Part shown: positions 1-9,572 of the stretch, piece by piece
Position numbering within the stretch: the first letter of the stretch is position 1
How the letters are laid out: every line of letters begins with the position of its first letter
Assembly (NCBI GenBank): GCA_039193195.1
Contig: JBCCWS010000005.1
Coordinates: forward strand, 154,637-218,636
Length of the DNA: 64,000 bases
Source of the DNA: Pseudomonadota bacterium
Lineage (GTDB): Bacteria > Pseudomonadota > Gammaproteobacteria > Steroidobacterales > JBCBZW01
Direction of reading: 5' to 3'
Position numbers and translations under genes: made by a program
Notes under the pieces: model-generated
What the model saw: the letters and a program-made list of their open reading frames with translations, nothing else
Told to the model about the DNA's origin: nothing
The model's database searches: none

Positions 1-282
1 CCTTCCCCCGGCGCATCGTGGAAAGAAGTGGGGGTCCAAAGGCGCAGCTTCTAGTATTGGAGCGCTGCGCTCACGTTCCGCACCGTGAACGTCCGTCGGC
101 GCTATTGGCAGCGATCACCGAGTTCGTCGCTTCGGCTGAGCTGTAGGGCGAGCATCCTGACGCTCGCTGAGGATCGACCTCGGGCGGGGCGGCGGCGGTG
201 CATCGTTCGGGTCGAGCACTCAAGTCTCTCTCGGGTGCGCCAAGAGGTGATGTTGGTAGGTGGCCCTCGGGTCCTGCGGGGG

Positions 283-1164
283 TCACGGCGGCGTAAAGCG
301 CGACAGGAGTTGCTTCGCGAAGCGCTCCGCCGGTGGCGCGAGTTCGCGCCCGCTACGCCGCGCGAGGCCTATCGGTCGGGTGATCGATAAGCCCTTGACC
401 TCAAGCGGTGCGACGAGCGACTGGCTGAGCACACCCAATTGGCTAACGAATGCCATCGTTCCCGTTGTGGCCACCATGCGCAGGATGGCCGGTATCGAGC
501 GTAGCTCCATCACCACCTGCACTTCCACACCGGCGTTGCGCAGGGCCGTATCGACGATCTGCCGGATCGCGCTGCCGCGCTCGAAGCCGACGAAGCTGCG
601 CCCGTCCAGCTCGCCCACATCGATGCGTTGGGCGCGGGCGGTGGGAGAATCTGCAGCGGTCACGAGCACCACCTTGTCTTCGAACAGACGGCTGATCTCC
701 AGCCCCGCCGAGCGCACCGGTTCGGTCACCAGTCCGAGTTCCAGGCGGCCGTCGCCAACGTCGCGAGCAACTTCACTGCTGCTCGCTTCCTTTACGTGAA
801 AATGCACGCCGGGGTAAGCGCGTTGGAACTCTGCGATGGCATCAGGCAGCACGAAGGATACGGCCGTGGCGCCACCGCCGATGCGCACAGTGCCACCCTC
901 CAGATTGCGGTGGCTCGTAACCACGGTCTTCAGCTGGTCGTAGCGCTCGATCAACGCGCGCGCCTCGGTCACCACGATCTCGCCGAGGGTAGTGAGTTCG
1001 GCACCCTTGCGGCTGCGACTGAGCAGGGCCGCTCCGAACTCTTCCTCGAGCAGCTGGATCCGCCGGGTCAGGGCGGGCTGGGTAAGGCCGAGTCGCGCCG
1101 CGGCCTCGGTGATGGCACCCGCATCGGCCACGGCCACCAGAGAGCGCATGAGGTTCAGGTCCAT
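283..1164 (-). CDS. LysR-family transcriptional regulator, divergent from acnB
   Basis: ORF 283..1266(-). The N-terminal wHTH 'MDLNLMRSLVAVADAGAITEAAARLGLTQPALTRRIQLLEEEFG' is typical of LysR. I moved the start to the ATG at 1164 because the 34 upstream codons lie in AT-rich promoter-like sequence. Length (~293 aa) fits the family. Confidence 0.85.
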   Translation of the reverse strand: MDLNLMRSLVAVADAGAITEAAARLGLTQPALTRRIQLLEEEFGAALLSRSRKGAELTTLGEIVVTEARALIERYDQLKTVVTSHRNLEGGTVRIGGGATAVSFVLPDAIAEFQRAYPGVHFHVKEASSSEVARDVGDGRLELGLVTEPVRSAGLEISRLFEDKVVLVTAADSPTARAQRIDVGELDGRSFVGFERGSAIRQIVDTALRNAGVEVQVVMELRSIPAILRMVATTGTMAFVSQLGVLSQSLVAPLEVKGLSITRPIGLARRSGRELAPPAERFAKQLLSRFTPP

Positions 1165-1295
1165 GACAATACCGCTAGTCTTTATATTCGGAATATTAAT
1201 GCATCGTATGCAAAATATCGATTTTACGCATAAATAGGCCTGTGGTACTTTCCTCGACTGGTCCACCCCTCAGCCCACTCCTAGGAGGCAACACC

Positions 1296-3899
1296 ATGCT
1301 CGAGGCCTATCGCGCGCACGTCGAGGAACGTGCCCAGCAGGGAATCCCGCCCAAGCCCCTGAGCGCCGAGCAAGTCACTGAGCTGGTTGAACTTATTAAG
1401 GTATCTGGCGCAGGTGAGGAGGCCCTCCTGCTAGAGCTGCTCACCCATCGCGTGCCACCGGGCGTGGACGACGCTGCCTACGTGAAAGCGGCCTTCCTGG
1501 CGGATATCGCCAAGGGGATGACTGACTGCAGCTTGATCAGTCGGGAGCGTGCGGTCGAGCTGCTCGGCACGATGCTCGGCGGCTACAACATCATGCCGCT
1601 CGTTGAACTTCTCGAGGACGACGCCCTGGGCGCCCTGGCGGGCGAGCAGCTTAAGCGTACCCTGCTCATGTTCGACGCCTTCCACGACGTGGCGGAGAAG
1701 GCGAAGGCCGGCAATGCCAACGCCAAGGCGGTCGTGCAGTCTTGGGCAGACGCCGAGTGGTTTACCGCAAAGGCCGATGTGCCTCGGGCCATCAAGCTCA
1801 CCGTCTTTAAGGTGACCGGTGAGACCAACACGGACGACCTCTCGCCCGCCCAAGACGCCTGGTCGCGCCCGGATATTCCCCTGCACTCCCTGGCCATGCT
1901 CAAGAACGCGCGTGAGGGGATCACCGATGCGATTGCGCAGATCGAGGAGCTGAAGCAAAAGGGCAACCCCGTGGCCTACGTCGGCGACGTGGTCGGCACG
2001 GGCTCCTCGCGCAAGTCCGCCACCAACTCTGTGCTCTGGACCATGGGCGATGACATCCCCTACGTGCCGAACAAGCGCCAGGGTGGCGTGGTGCTCGGCG
2101 GTAAGATCGCGCCGATCTTCTTCAACACCGTAGAAGACTCGGGGGCCCTGCCGATCGAGGTGCCCGTCGACAACATGGCCATGGGCGATGCGATCGTGGT
2201 CAAGCCCTACGACGGCGTGGTCGAGAACGAGGCTGGCGAGGTCATCGCCGAGTTCACCCTGAAGACGGACGTGATCCTAGACGAGGTGAGGGCCGGTGGC
2301 CGCATCCCCCTGATCATCGGACGCAGCCTGACCGAACGCGCCCGTGAGGCACTCGACCTCGGGCCGACAGACGTGTTCCGTCGCCCCGTGGATCCAAACG
2401 ATACGGGCAAGGGCTTTACGCTGGCGCAGAAGATCGTTGGTCGCGCCTGCGGCTTGGCGCAAGGGCAGGGCATTCGCCCCGGCACGTACTGTGAGCCCCG
2501 CATGGGCACGGTCGGATCCCAGGACACCACGGGCCCAATGACCCGCGATGAGCTGAAGGAGCTGGCCTGCCTCGGCTTCTCAGCCGACCTCGTCATGCAG
2601 AGTTTCTGCCACACGGCGGCATATCCGAAGCCTGTCGACATCGAAACCCAGCACACGCTGCCAGATTTCATCCAGACCCGTGGCGGCGTGAGCTTGCGCC
2701 CGGGCGACGGCATCATCCACAGCTGGCTCAACCGCATGCTGCTTCCCGATCAGGTGGGCACCGGCGGCGATTCGCACACGCGCTTCCCCCTCGGCATCTC
2801 GTTCCCGGCCGGCTCAGGTTTGGTGGCCTTCGGTGCCGCCCTCGGCGTGATCCCCTTGGATATGCCGGAGTCCGTGCTCGTGCGCTTCAGCGGCGAAATG
2901 CAGCCGGGCATCACCTTGCGTGATCTGGTCAATGCCATCCCCTACGCCGCCCTGAAACGTGGCCTGCTCACGGTGGAGAAGAAGGGTAAGAAGAACGTCT
3001 ACAACGGCCGCATCCTAGAGATTGAGGGTTTGCCAAATCTCACCGTAGAACAGGCCTTCGAGCTCTCCGATGCCTCTGCGGAGCGCTCAGCAGGTGGTTG
3101 CACTATCAACCTCTCGGAAGAGTCCGTGGCTGAATATCTGCGCTCGAACATCGTGATGCTGCGCTGGATGATCGCCAACGGCTACCGCGATGTGCGCACG
3201 CTGGAGCGCCGCGCACAGGCGATGGAGGCCTGGCTCGAGAGCCCAAGTCTGCTGCGTGCTGACCCGGACGCGGAGTACGCACAAGTGATCGAGATCGACA
3301 TGTCGCAGATCACCGAGCCGCTGCTGGCGTGTCCGAACGATCCGGACGACATCAAGCCTCTCTCGGAGGTGGCGGGCACCAAGATCGATGAAGTGTTCAT
3401 CGGTTCGTGCATGACCAACATCGGTCACTTCCGCGCGGCCGGTAAGTTGCTGGAGGCGGCGAAGGAGGTGATCCCTACGCGCCTGTGGATGGCACCGCCA
3501 ACCAAGATGGACGAGCACCAGCTCATGGAGGAGGGCTTCTACAACACTTACGCCCAGGCCGGCGCGCGAACGGAGATGCCTGGCTGCTCTCTGTGCATGG
3601 GCAATCAGGCGCGGATCGCGGCGGGCTCAACGTGTGTCTCCACCTCCACGCGGAACTTTCCCAATCGTCTCGGTCAGGGCGCCAACGTTTTCCTTGCTTC
3701 CGCGGAGCTGGCAGCGATCTGTTCTATCCTCGGGCGGATTCCCGAGAAGGACGAGTACCTAGAGTACGCGGGCAAGATCGACTCCATGGCGCCGGAGATC
3801 TACAACTACATGAACTTCGATCAGCAGGAGGAGTTCTTGGATGCCGCCGCCCGGGGCAAGACCATGGCGGCTGAGCTCATCGAGAGCAAGGCGAGCTGA
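1296..3899 (+). CDS. acnB: Aconitate hydratase B (bifunctional aconitase / 2-methylisocitrate dehydratase)
   Basis: ORF 1242..3899(+). From '[22 protein letters not shown]' the protein is collinear with E. coli AcnB as I recall it ('[16 protein letters not shown]', '[15 protein letters not shown]', '[17 protein letters not shown]', '[11 protein letters not shown]', '[12 protein letters not shown]'). 867 aa against ~865 expected. Start set at the ATG at 1296. Confidence 0.95.
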   Translation: MLEAYRAHVEERAQQGIPPKPLSAEQVTELVELIKVSGAGEEALLLELLTHRVPPGVDDAAYVKAAFLADIAKGMTDCSLISRERAVELLGTMLGGYNIMPLVELLEDDALGALAGEQLKRTLLMFDAFHDVAEKAKAGNANAKAVVQSWADAEWFTAKADVPRAIKLTVFKVTGETNTDDLSPAQDAWSRPDIPLHSLAMLKNAREGITDAIAQIEELKQKGNPVAYVGDVVGTGSSRKSATNSVLWTMGDDIPYVPNKRQGGVVLGGKIAPIFFNTVEDSGALPIEVPVDNMAMGDAIVVKPYDGVVENEAGEVIAEFTLKTDVILDEVRAGGRIPLIIGRSLTERAREALDLGPTDVFRRPVDPNDTGKGFTLAQKIVGRACGLAQGQGIRPGTYCEPRMGTVGSQDTTGPMTRDELKELACLGFSADLVMQSFCHTAAYPKPVDIETQHTLPDFIQTRGGVSLRPGDGIIHSWLNRMLLPDQVGTGGDSHTRFPLGISFPAGSGLVAFGAALGVIPLDMPESVLVRFSGEMQPGITLRDLVNAIPYAALKRGLLTVEKKGKKNVYNGRILEIEGLPNLTVEQAFELSDASAERSAGGCTINLSEESVAEYLRSNIVMLRWMIANGYRDVRTLERRAQAMEAWLESPSLLRADPDAEYAQVIEIDMSQITEPLLACPNDPDDIKPLSEVAGTKIDEVFIGSCMTNIGHFRAAGKLLEAAKEVIPTRLWMAPPTKMDEHQLMEEGFYNTYAQAGARTEMPGCSLCMGNQARIAAGSTCVSTSTRNFPNRLGQGANVFLASAELAAICSILGRIPEKDEYLEYAGKIDSMAPEIYNYMNFDQQEEFLDAAARGKTMAAELIESKAS

Positions 3900-4088
3900 G
3901 CGACGGCCACGCGCAAGAGGGGGGCCTAAGGGCCCGCCGCTTTTCGTTTCGCTTTCGCCAAGGCGGCGAGTGTCGCACGGGTGCTTCGACTTGGCATAAC
4001 GACGGACACTGTTCCAACTCCAAGGCATAGAGCCTCAATCTTGTAGCACCACTGCCGACTCTCGAGGGAGGAACCTCGGGAGTCGGTG

Positions 4089-4628
4089 ATGTACGGATTG
4101 GTCAACAAAGGGATCCGCGACTACGCCCTTACCAACGGCGGTGACGCCGTATGGCAGCGCATTCGAGCCAAGGCCGAGTGGGCCGAAGACGATTTCCTTA
4201 GCATGCAGGATTATGACGACGCCGTCTCCGTGCGCCTGATCGGGGCAGCTGCCGAGGTGTTGGAGACCACACCCGACGACATTATGCGTGGCTTCGGTCG
4301 GCACTGGGTGCTGTTCACGGGCCAGGAGGGCTACGGTCCGCTGATGTCCCTCTCCGGAGCCACCCTGCCTGAGTTTCTGAAGAACCTGGACGCCATGCAC
4401 GGGCGCCTCAAAAACTCGATGATGGGGCTGAAGCCGCCGAAGTTCACCTGTACTCAGCTCAGTGATTTCACTTACGAGGTGTCCTACTTCTCCGAGCGGG
4501 AGGGGTTGGCTCCGATGGTCGAAGGGCTACTCGGCGGGCTCGCGGAGCGCTTCGACGTGGCGGTGGCAATCACGTGCGTCGAGGTGAGCGAAGCGAAAAA
4601 CTCGGCCGTCTTTCGTCTCACTCTCTAG
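4089..4628 (+). CDS. hnoX: H-NOX (heme nitric oxide/oxygen-binding) sensor protein
   Basis: 'MYGLVNKGIRDYAL...' parallels the sGC beta1 / bacterial H-NOX N-terminus (MYGFVNHALELLV). The proximal His context 'LDAMHGRL' and the Y-x-S-x-R heme-propionate motif 'YFSEREG' are present. ~179 aa stand-alone domain. ATG at 4089 is preceded by GGGAG. Confidence 0.9.
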   Translation: MYGLVNKGIRDYALTNGGDAVWQRIRAKAEWAEDDFLSMQDYDDAVSVRLIGAAAEVLETTPDDIMRGFGRHWVLFTGQEGYGPLMSLSGATLPEFLKNLDAMHGRLKNSMMGLKPPKFTCTQLSDFTYEVSYFSEREGLAPMVEGLLGGLAERFDVAVAITCVEVSEAKNSAVFRLTL

Positions 4629-4636
4629 GTGTTTGA

Positions 4637-7120
4637 GTGAGCGCCGACGCGCTAGCGCACGCCTTCGTTACCCTGTTTCCTTTCCACCTCGAGGTGGATA
4701 GCGCGCTCGTGGTGCGGGGCTGCGGCAGCTCTGCGCCGAAGCTGTTTGGGGAGCCTCTCATTGGTCGGTCGCTCGTCCAGCTGATCGATCCTCCGGCTGA
4801 CGGGCCGGCCCTCAGCTTTGCCGCGATCCGAGAGATGGCGGGCGAGCGGCTTGAGTATCCGCTGAAAGACACGAGCGCACGACTTCGCGGCCAGGTGCAT
4901 CCGCTGGCCCACGACCGCCTCGCGCTGCTAGTCACTCCATGGTTTGAAGAGGTGGAGGGTCTGCTGTCGCTCGGGCTCGCGGAATCGGACTTCGCTCCGC
5001 ACGAGGCCTCCTTCGACTTCTTGTTCATGACCCACGCGCGCGCCGTGCAGGCGCGAGAGCAGCTGGCGCTAAGTGAGCGCCTCCAGCGTACGCTGGAGGA
5101 AACTCGCCGTCTCGCTAGACTGGAGCAGGAGCTCAATCGAGGCTTGGCCCTGGCCGCGGACCTTCGGGTTCGCATGGAGAATGGCTGCATTACCGATCTT
5201 GCTATTAATAAAGATAGCCTAGCGCCGTTGGAGAAAGAAATTTCGATCGGCGCGTGCCTTTCTACGATGCCCAGCTGGTTAGCACGCATGTTGCCCAAGA
5301 GTCAGCGCGCGCGCGAGGGTGCGGTGACTTCGCTCACGCACGCGATCGAGCTCGAGGGAGTGTTGCACACCCTAGACCTGCGTGTTTCGGGTGATGCGCG
5401 GCGCAGCGCAATGATCGTTGGCAGAGATGTCACCGAGGAGCGGGCGGAACAGGTGTTGCTCTTGCAGACCCTTGAGCACGCCCTGGAGGCGGTGTTGATG
5501 GCCGATCAGGATCATCGCATCGTGTTCGCCAACCGAGCGGCCGAGCGAATGTTCGCTTACCGTCGCGAGCAACTTGTCGGCAAGCCGCTGGATTTCCTCT
5601 GCGTCAAAGCCGCAGCCACGACGCTCTCGACCATCACCAGCGGGGACATCGTCCTGCATCGACGCGACGGCGTGAGCCTTACCTGCAACGTCTCGACCTC
5701 ACGGGTTAGGCAGGGCGAGCGGGAGCTGGTCACCGCGTTCCTCGAAGATGTAACGGAGCGGCGTGCAGCAGAGTCGCGCATCGAGTACCAAGCGAGCCAC
5801 GACCCCCTCACCGGCCTCGCCAATCGAGCCCAGTTCATGCGGACCTTAGACCGCCTGCTCATGCGCAGCCGCGAGCCGCTAGCCGTGGCCTTGATTGACA
5901 TGGATGATTTCAAGTCAGTGAACGACCTTCACGGTCACGCGGCTGGCGATGAGTTCCTGTGCTGCGTTGCCGATCGCATCCAGCGCAGCGTGCGCCCGGG
6001 TGACATCGCCTGTCGCCTCGGCGGCGATGAGTTCGCCATCATCTTGGCCGAAGTTAGCGGCGCCCGGGACGCGGAGCGAGCCCTGCAGCGAATGCTCGAG
6101 ACCCTCTGCTTGCAGTTGGACATCGCCGGCGCGTCATTCGTGCCTAGCGCCAGTGTGGGCGTGGTAGTGACCGCACCCGGGCATGAGCATTCCGACGTGC
6201 TGCGCCACGCAGATCTGGCGATGTACCAGGCCAAGGCGCGGGGTAAGAACCAGATCGCGCTGTTCACCGAGTCGATGCAACGCGAGGTCATCCAGCGCAT
6301 TGAGACGCAGCGTGATCTAGCGCTGGCGATTGCGAGTGATGAAATCAAGGCCTACTACCAGCCCATTGTCGATCTGGAGACTGGCCAGCCGGTGGCGCTT
6401 GAAGCGCTCGCCCGTTGGGAGACCGACGAGGGCCGGGTCGTGCCGCCCGGGCAGTTCATCGAGGTGGCAGAGCAATCGGATCTCATCGTCAGGATCGGCG
6501 AGGCCGTACTGAGGCAGGCGATCGATACAGTATGTGTGGCTAGAGAGCAGTGGCCGCAGATGCGCGTGAGCGTGAACTTCTCCGCACGTCATTTCCTAGA
6601 GTCCGATCTGCTCGACCGTCTCGATCGAGTGCTGCGAGAGGCTGCTCTGCCGCCCTCAGCGCTCACCATGGAATTGACCGAGAGTATGCTATTGGCGGAC
6701 CAAAGCGCCGTACGTGAGCGCTTCGCCGCTTTGCGTGCTCTCGGCGTGCGCATCGCCCTGGATGACTTTGGCACGGGGTACTCATCGCTGTCGTACCTGG
6801 ACCGCTTTCGCTTCGATCTGCTGAAGATCGACAAGAGCTTCGTCCGCGGCCTCGCCTCGCGTAGCGTGCGCAAGGAGCTTGCGCAGACGATCGTCGCTGT
6901 GGGCGGGATCATCGGCATCGACGTGGTGGCAGAGGGCATCGAGGAAGCTTCAGACGAGGCGATCTTGAAGGAGATGCGCTGCCAGTACGGCCAGGGATAC
7001 TTCTATGCCAAGCCAATGCCGCGTGAGGAACTCCGCCGCTACCTCAGCCAGCAGTGTGCTCGCCTATCGCCCCATCCGCCGAGTCGTAAAGAAAACAGGC
7101 TAGTGCATTCGAAAGTCTAA
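4637..7120 (+). CDS. H-NOX-associated c-di-GMP enzyme (HNOBA-like N-terminus, PAS, GGDEF, EAL)
   Basis: Starts 8 nt after the hnoX stop (GTG). The N-terminus 'FVTLFPFHLEVDSALVVRGCG' resembles the HNOBA domain of sGC. A PAS-like region follows ('ALEAVLMADQDHRIVFANRAAERMF'). The GGDEF is intact ('RLGGDEFAIIL'), as is the EAL set ('EALARWE', 'DDFGTGYSS', 'AEGIE'). Confidence 0.9.
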   Translation: MSADALAHAFVTLFPFHLEVDSALVVRGCGSSAPKLFGEPLIGRSLVQLIDPPADGPALSFAAIREMAGERLEYPLKDTSARLRGQVHPLAHDRLALLVTPWFEEVEGLLSLGLAESDFAPHEASFDFLFMTHARAVQAREQLALSERLQRTLEETRRLARLEQELNRGLALAADLRVRMENGCITDLAINKDSLAPLEKEISIGACLSTMPSWLARMLPKSQRAREGAVTSLTHAIELEGVLHTLDLRVSGDARRSAMIVGRDVTEERAEQVLLLQTLEHALEAVLMADQDHRIVFANRAAERMFAYRREQLVGKPLDFLCVKAAATTLSTITSGDIVLHRRDGVSLTCNVSTSRVRQGERELVTAFLEDVTERRAAESRIEYQASHDPLTGLANRAQFMRTLDRLLMRSREPLAVALIDMDDFKSVNDLHGHAAGDEFLCCVADRIQRSVRPGDIACRLGGDEFAIILAEVSGARDAERALQRMLETLCLQLDIAGASFVPSASVGVVVTAPGHEHSDVLRHADLAMYQAKARGKNQIALFTESMQREVIQRIETQRDLALAIASDEIKAYYQPIVDLETGQPVALEALARWETDEGRVVPPGQFIEVAEQSDLIVRIGEAVLRQAIDTVCVAREQWPQMRVSVNFSARHFLESDLLDRLDRVLREAALPPSALTMELTESMLLADQSAVRERFAALRALGVRIALDDFGTGYSSLSYLDRFRFDLLKIDKSFVRGLASRSVRKELAQTIVAVGGIIGIDVVAEGIEEASDEAILKEMRCQYGQGYFYAKPMPREELRRYLSQQCARLSPHPPSRKENRLVHSKV

Positions 7121-7570
7121 TCGATTTGCCTTGAGGTAAGTTGGTAGTTGCAGAGGAGCGTTTGACTGCCTCCAGGTTTCCGGCTCGCACACTAGGACGA
7201 TATCCTCTGGCCTTAGGGGCTTGGTGATGACGTGCTCCACCACGGAGCAAGCGAACGCTCGGGCCGCATCCGCGTGCGATAGCGCGGTGGCGAGTATCGT
7301 GACGCTACCGAGGCAGCCGGCCCCCAGCTCCTGGGTAACTACCTCGAGGAAGTCGATGCCGTTTAGGCGGGGCATATTGAGGTTGAGGAAGGTGACGTCT
7401 ATCGCCGGGCGCTGTTTGCGTCGGAGAAAATCCAGCGCTTCGTCGGGATAGAGAAAGCAGATCACCCGGTCGATGAGCCCTGAGCTCTCGAGAGTTCGCT
7501 GCGCCCACTGCTGGTCGATCAGGTCGTCGTCAACGATCATCGCGGTCGTGCTCGGGGGGAGTCGTGTCAT
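7100..7570 (-). CDS. Single-domain response regulator (CheY-like receiver)
   Basis: ORF 7100..7759(-). Receiver core 'AMIVDDDLIDQQWAQRTLE...DVTFLNLNMPRLNGIDFLEV...VTILATALSHADAARA...ITKPL'. The start is placed at the ATG at 7570 (MTRLPP...), since the upstream part of the ORF does not look protein-like. The 3' end overlaps the convergent HaCE gene by 21 nt. Confidence 0.75.
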   Translation of the reverse strand: MTRLPPSTTAMIVDDDLIDQQWAQRTLESSGLIDRVICFLYPDEALDFLRRKQRPAIDVTFLNLNMPRLNGIDFLEVVTQELGAGCLGSVTILATALSHADAARAFACSVVEHVITKPLRPEDIVLVCEPETWRQSNAPLQLPTYLKANRLDFRMH

Positions 7571-7946
7571 TGGCCAGGTGGCCCTCGTCTCGCTGTGCAT
7601 GAGCGGCGTGCTGCCACGATCGCGGGAGGTCGGCCATGGCCCCTGCCGTCGGAGCGTGAATCCTAGGGGCCCTTGCCCCGGTCGGGGTGTGACCTGGTTC
7701 ACAAGGTGCTCGCGGGCCGACGACAGGGATTTAGCGGTACCAGAAGTCGCGGTTGGCAATTCGCTCAGTGCCCAAGGCGCCAGCCTGGAGCTTTAGAGGC
7801 GCAGCTCTAATCGGGGCAGTCCTCTGCGCTGGCGTCGCGCCCCCTAACCACGTAAACGGCCCTCATTCTTCCTAAAGCTTTTAATTGGCGAATTTCTTTC
7901 GATCCATGGGTGACTTTGGGCAAGTTGTTCGATCGTTCTGGCTTCT

Positions 7947-8111
7947 CTAGTGTCCTGAGTTAGAAGTTCGTTGATGGCTTCGCGGCACCTTTTCGCGCCT
8001 GAACACGTTGCTCCTCCTCCCGTGGAACCTGCCACGCTCGTCGTCGCGCCGCGCTCAGGGACAGAAACTCGCGTGCGAACTCATCAACGAACTTCCAACT
8101 CAGGACACTAG
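7947..8111. mobile_element. MITE copy A (165 bp, non-coding, 30-bp terminal inverted repeats)
   Basis: Termini are 'ctagtgtcctgagttagaagttcgttgatg' and 'catcaacgaacttccaactcaggacactag', inverted with 1 mismatch. The whole element matches the reverse complement of 19963..20127 with 9 differences in 165 positions (manual alignment). It has no credible ORF. The ends are embedded in CTAG words, with an extra ctag at 8112-8115. Confidence 0.8.
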
Positions 8112-8150
8112 CTAGGGGAGATCTTCAATTATTCGCCAGGAGCAAGACGC

Positions 8151-8513
8151 TCATGTCACCTCTCCTCGGACGCCGTATCGCGTCGCCCCGCTGCGCGCAT
8201 GATGCGGCGTATTCCTTCGACCTTCGGCGAGGCGCGCAACGCGCAAAAGCGCGGCGGCGGTCAGGTGGCACTCGCGCTCGATGAGGCCCTCATCTCCCCC
8301 CCCCCCGATGGGGACGTTCGGCTACAGGATCTCGACGCGGCCATCACGCGCTTGGGCCTGATCGACGAACGCCACGCGGAGCTAGTGGAGCTGAACATCT
8401 TCGCGGGTCTCACCTTCGCCGAGATGGCTCAGGTGACGGGCCTGTCGACGAGCACCATCGACCGAGACTGACGCTTTGCCAAGGCTTGGCTCAAGCGCGA
8501 GCTGGATCGCTGA
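8151..8513 (+). pseudogene. ECF sigma-70 factor relic (regions 3/4 only, in-frame TGA)
   Basis: The frame reads '...AARMMRRIPSTFGEARNAQKRGGGQVALALDEA...ELVELNIFAGLTFAEMAQVTGLSTSTIDRD*RFAKAWLKRELDR*'. This matches the C-terminal half of the ECF family with '...MRRILVD.AR.R.A.KRGGG...RDW..ARAWL..EL' (TIGR02999-like, from memory). The TGA at 8469-8471 sits where the conserved Trp (TGG) is expected. Region 2 (~100 aa) is missing, and the MITE lies ~40 bp upstream. Confidence 0.65.
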
Positions 8514-8537
8514 CGCGACAAACACCGGTGGACCCCC

Positions 8538-9383
8538 TCAAGGATTGATGGTGAGGACGTCGATTCGATTCAGCGCGACGTAGGGCACGATCAAGCGCTT
8601 GCGCTTGGTGTCAACGCCCAGGTCTGCCGGCTTGCCCGCCAGAGCGATGGTCATCCTGTCCACTCCCTTGGAGATCACATGCAGGCTCTCATCCTGCTGG
8701 CTCGCGACGTAGATCCTGCCGTCCACCACTTCCAGGCCATCGAAGTTGCCGCCGCCCTTTAAGGTAGCCACCGTGGAGAAGCCCTCGCTGCCGGGTTGCC
8801 AGGCAGCTAGGTGATCGGCGCCGCTCCAAGGGGCGAGCAGGAAGCGGTCCGCGCGTGGGGCACGGGTGATGCCGTTGGCGCGAAACGGGGTTTGCGCCGC
8901 GATCATCGCCTCGCCGTCGATGATTCGGTAGAGGACGGAGGTGCCCGTATCGGTGACGTAGAGGGCGCCGTCATCCCCTTCGGCGATGTCGTTTGGGAAC
9001 CCGGGCTCAAAGGCCGCCAGGGAGACGAAGCTCAGGTGCTTGCCCGTGCGCCTGTCGAACTCGTGGACACCTTGCGCATCAGCTACCCACAGGCTGGCGC
9101 CGGTGATGAGCATGCCGCGGCCGGCGTGAAAGGGGTACCGTTGGGTGCCGGTCATGAATTCGAGCTCGAGGATCTCACCGCCCGGGGAAACCTTGGAGAC
9201 GAAACCGTTGCTGTCGCCGTCCACGTCGCCGTTGAAGTTGGCGACGAAGTAGACGTCCTGATCGGGGTCGTAGCGCACGGCTTCGGGGCCTTTGAACCCC
9301 TCCACGGAGACGACGAGTTCGCCGCCGACTGCGGCGCGTGTAGCTAAGGCTAGAAGACTTGCGACGCGAACCAAGGTGTTCAT
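8538..9383 (-). CDS. Secreted beta-propeller protein (SMP-30/gluconolactonase/LRE- or NHL-like)
   Basis: ORF 8538..9464(-). The start is set at the ATG at 9383, preceded by GAGGAG. Signal peptide 'MNTLVRVASLLALATRAAVG'. Repeated blade-like motifs are present ('VYFVANFNGD', 'LWVADAQGVHEF', 'ALYVTDTGTSVLYRI', 'RIYVASQQDESLHVI'). Confidence 0.7.
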   Translation of the reverse strand: MNTLVRVASLLALATRAAVGGELVVSVEGFKGPEAVRYDPDQDVYFVANFNGDVDGDSNGFVSKVSPGGEILELEFMTGTQRYPFHAGRGMLITGASLWVADAQGVHEFDRRTGKHLSFVSLAAFEPGFPNDIAEGDDGALYVTDTGTSVLYRIIDGEAMIAAQTPFRANGITRAPRADRFLLAPWSGADHLAAWQPGSEGFSTVATLKGGGNFDGLEVVDGRIYVASQQDESLHVISKGVDRMTIALAGKPADLGVDTKRKRLIVPYVALNRIDVLTINP

Positions 9384-9572
9384 AGGAAACTCCTCAAGCA
9401 AATAGCTCAAGTTTAGGCTGCGTCTGGCAAGTTGCGAGCTGTTTGCTCTCGGATGGCCGTTCACCAGGGAAGACGCAGGCGGGGCACCACTTGCGGCGCA
9501 CTCAGGTCCCGACCCCTGATCGGCACTCCTTCGCGTAGACTGATCGCTGCTGTCGGAGCGAGTGGTGAGCAG

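Noticed and set aside
1-282. Short ORFs at the left edge (71..286 minus, 85..390 plus).
   Set aside because: No start context, no recognisable domain and atypical composition. They are probably 3' intergenic sequence or shadows of the LysR gene end.
628-1233. Numerous long antisense or shadow ORFs throughout (e.g. 628..1233+, 1431..1958-, 10746..11342-, 31645..32310-, 32551..33201-, 50845..51798-, 63306..63929-).
   Set aside because: Each lies opposite or out of frame to a gene with clear family similarity, and has Arg/Pro/Gly-biased composition characteristic of GC-rich non-coding frames.
3917-3950. Possible rho-independent terminator after acnB ('gggcc-taag-ggccc' followed by 'gcttttcgtttcgctttcg').
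   Set aside because: The stem is only 5 bp and the T-rich run is interrupted and displaced. It is too weak to annotate as a feature.
8296-8306. 11-C homopolymeric tract, considered as a phase-variation switch.
   Set aside because: It lies inside an already multiply disrupted sigma-factor relic and is currently in frame (encodes SPPPD), so there is no intact gene for it to switch.
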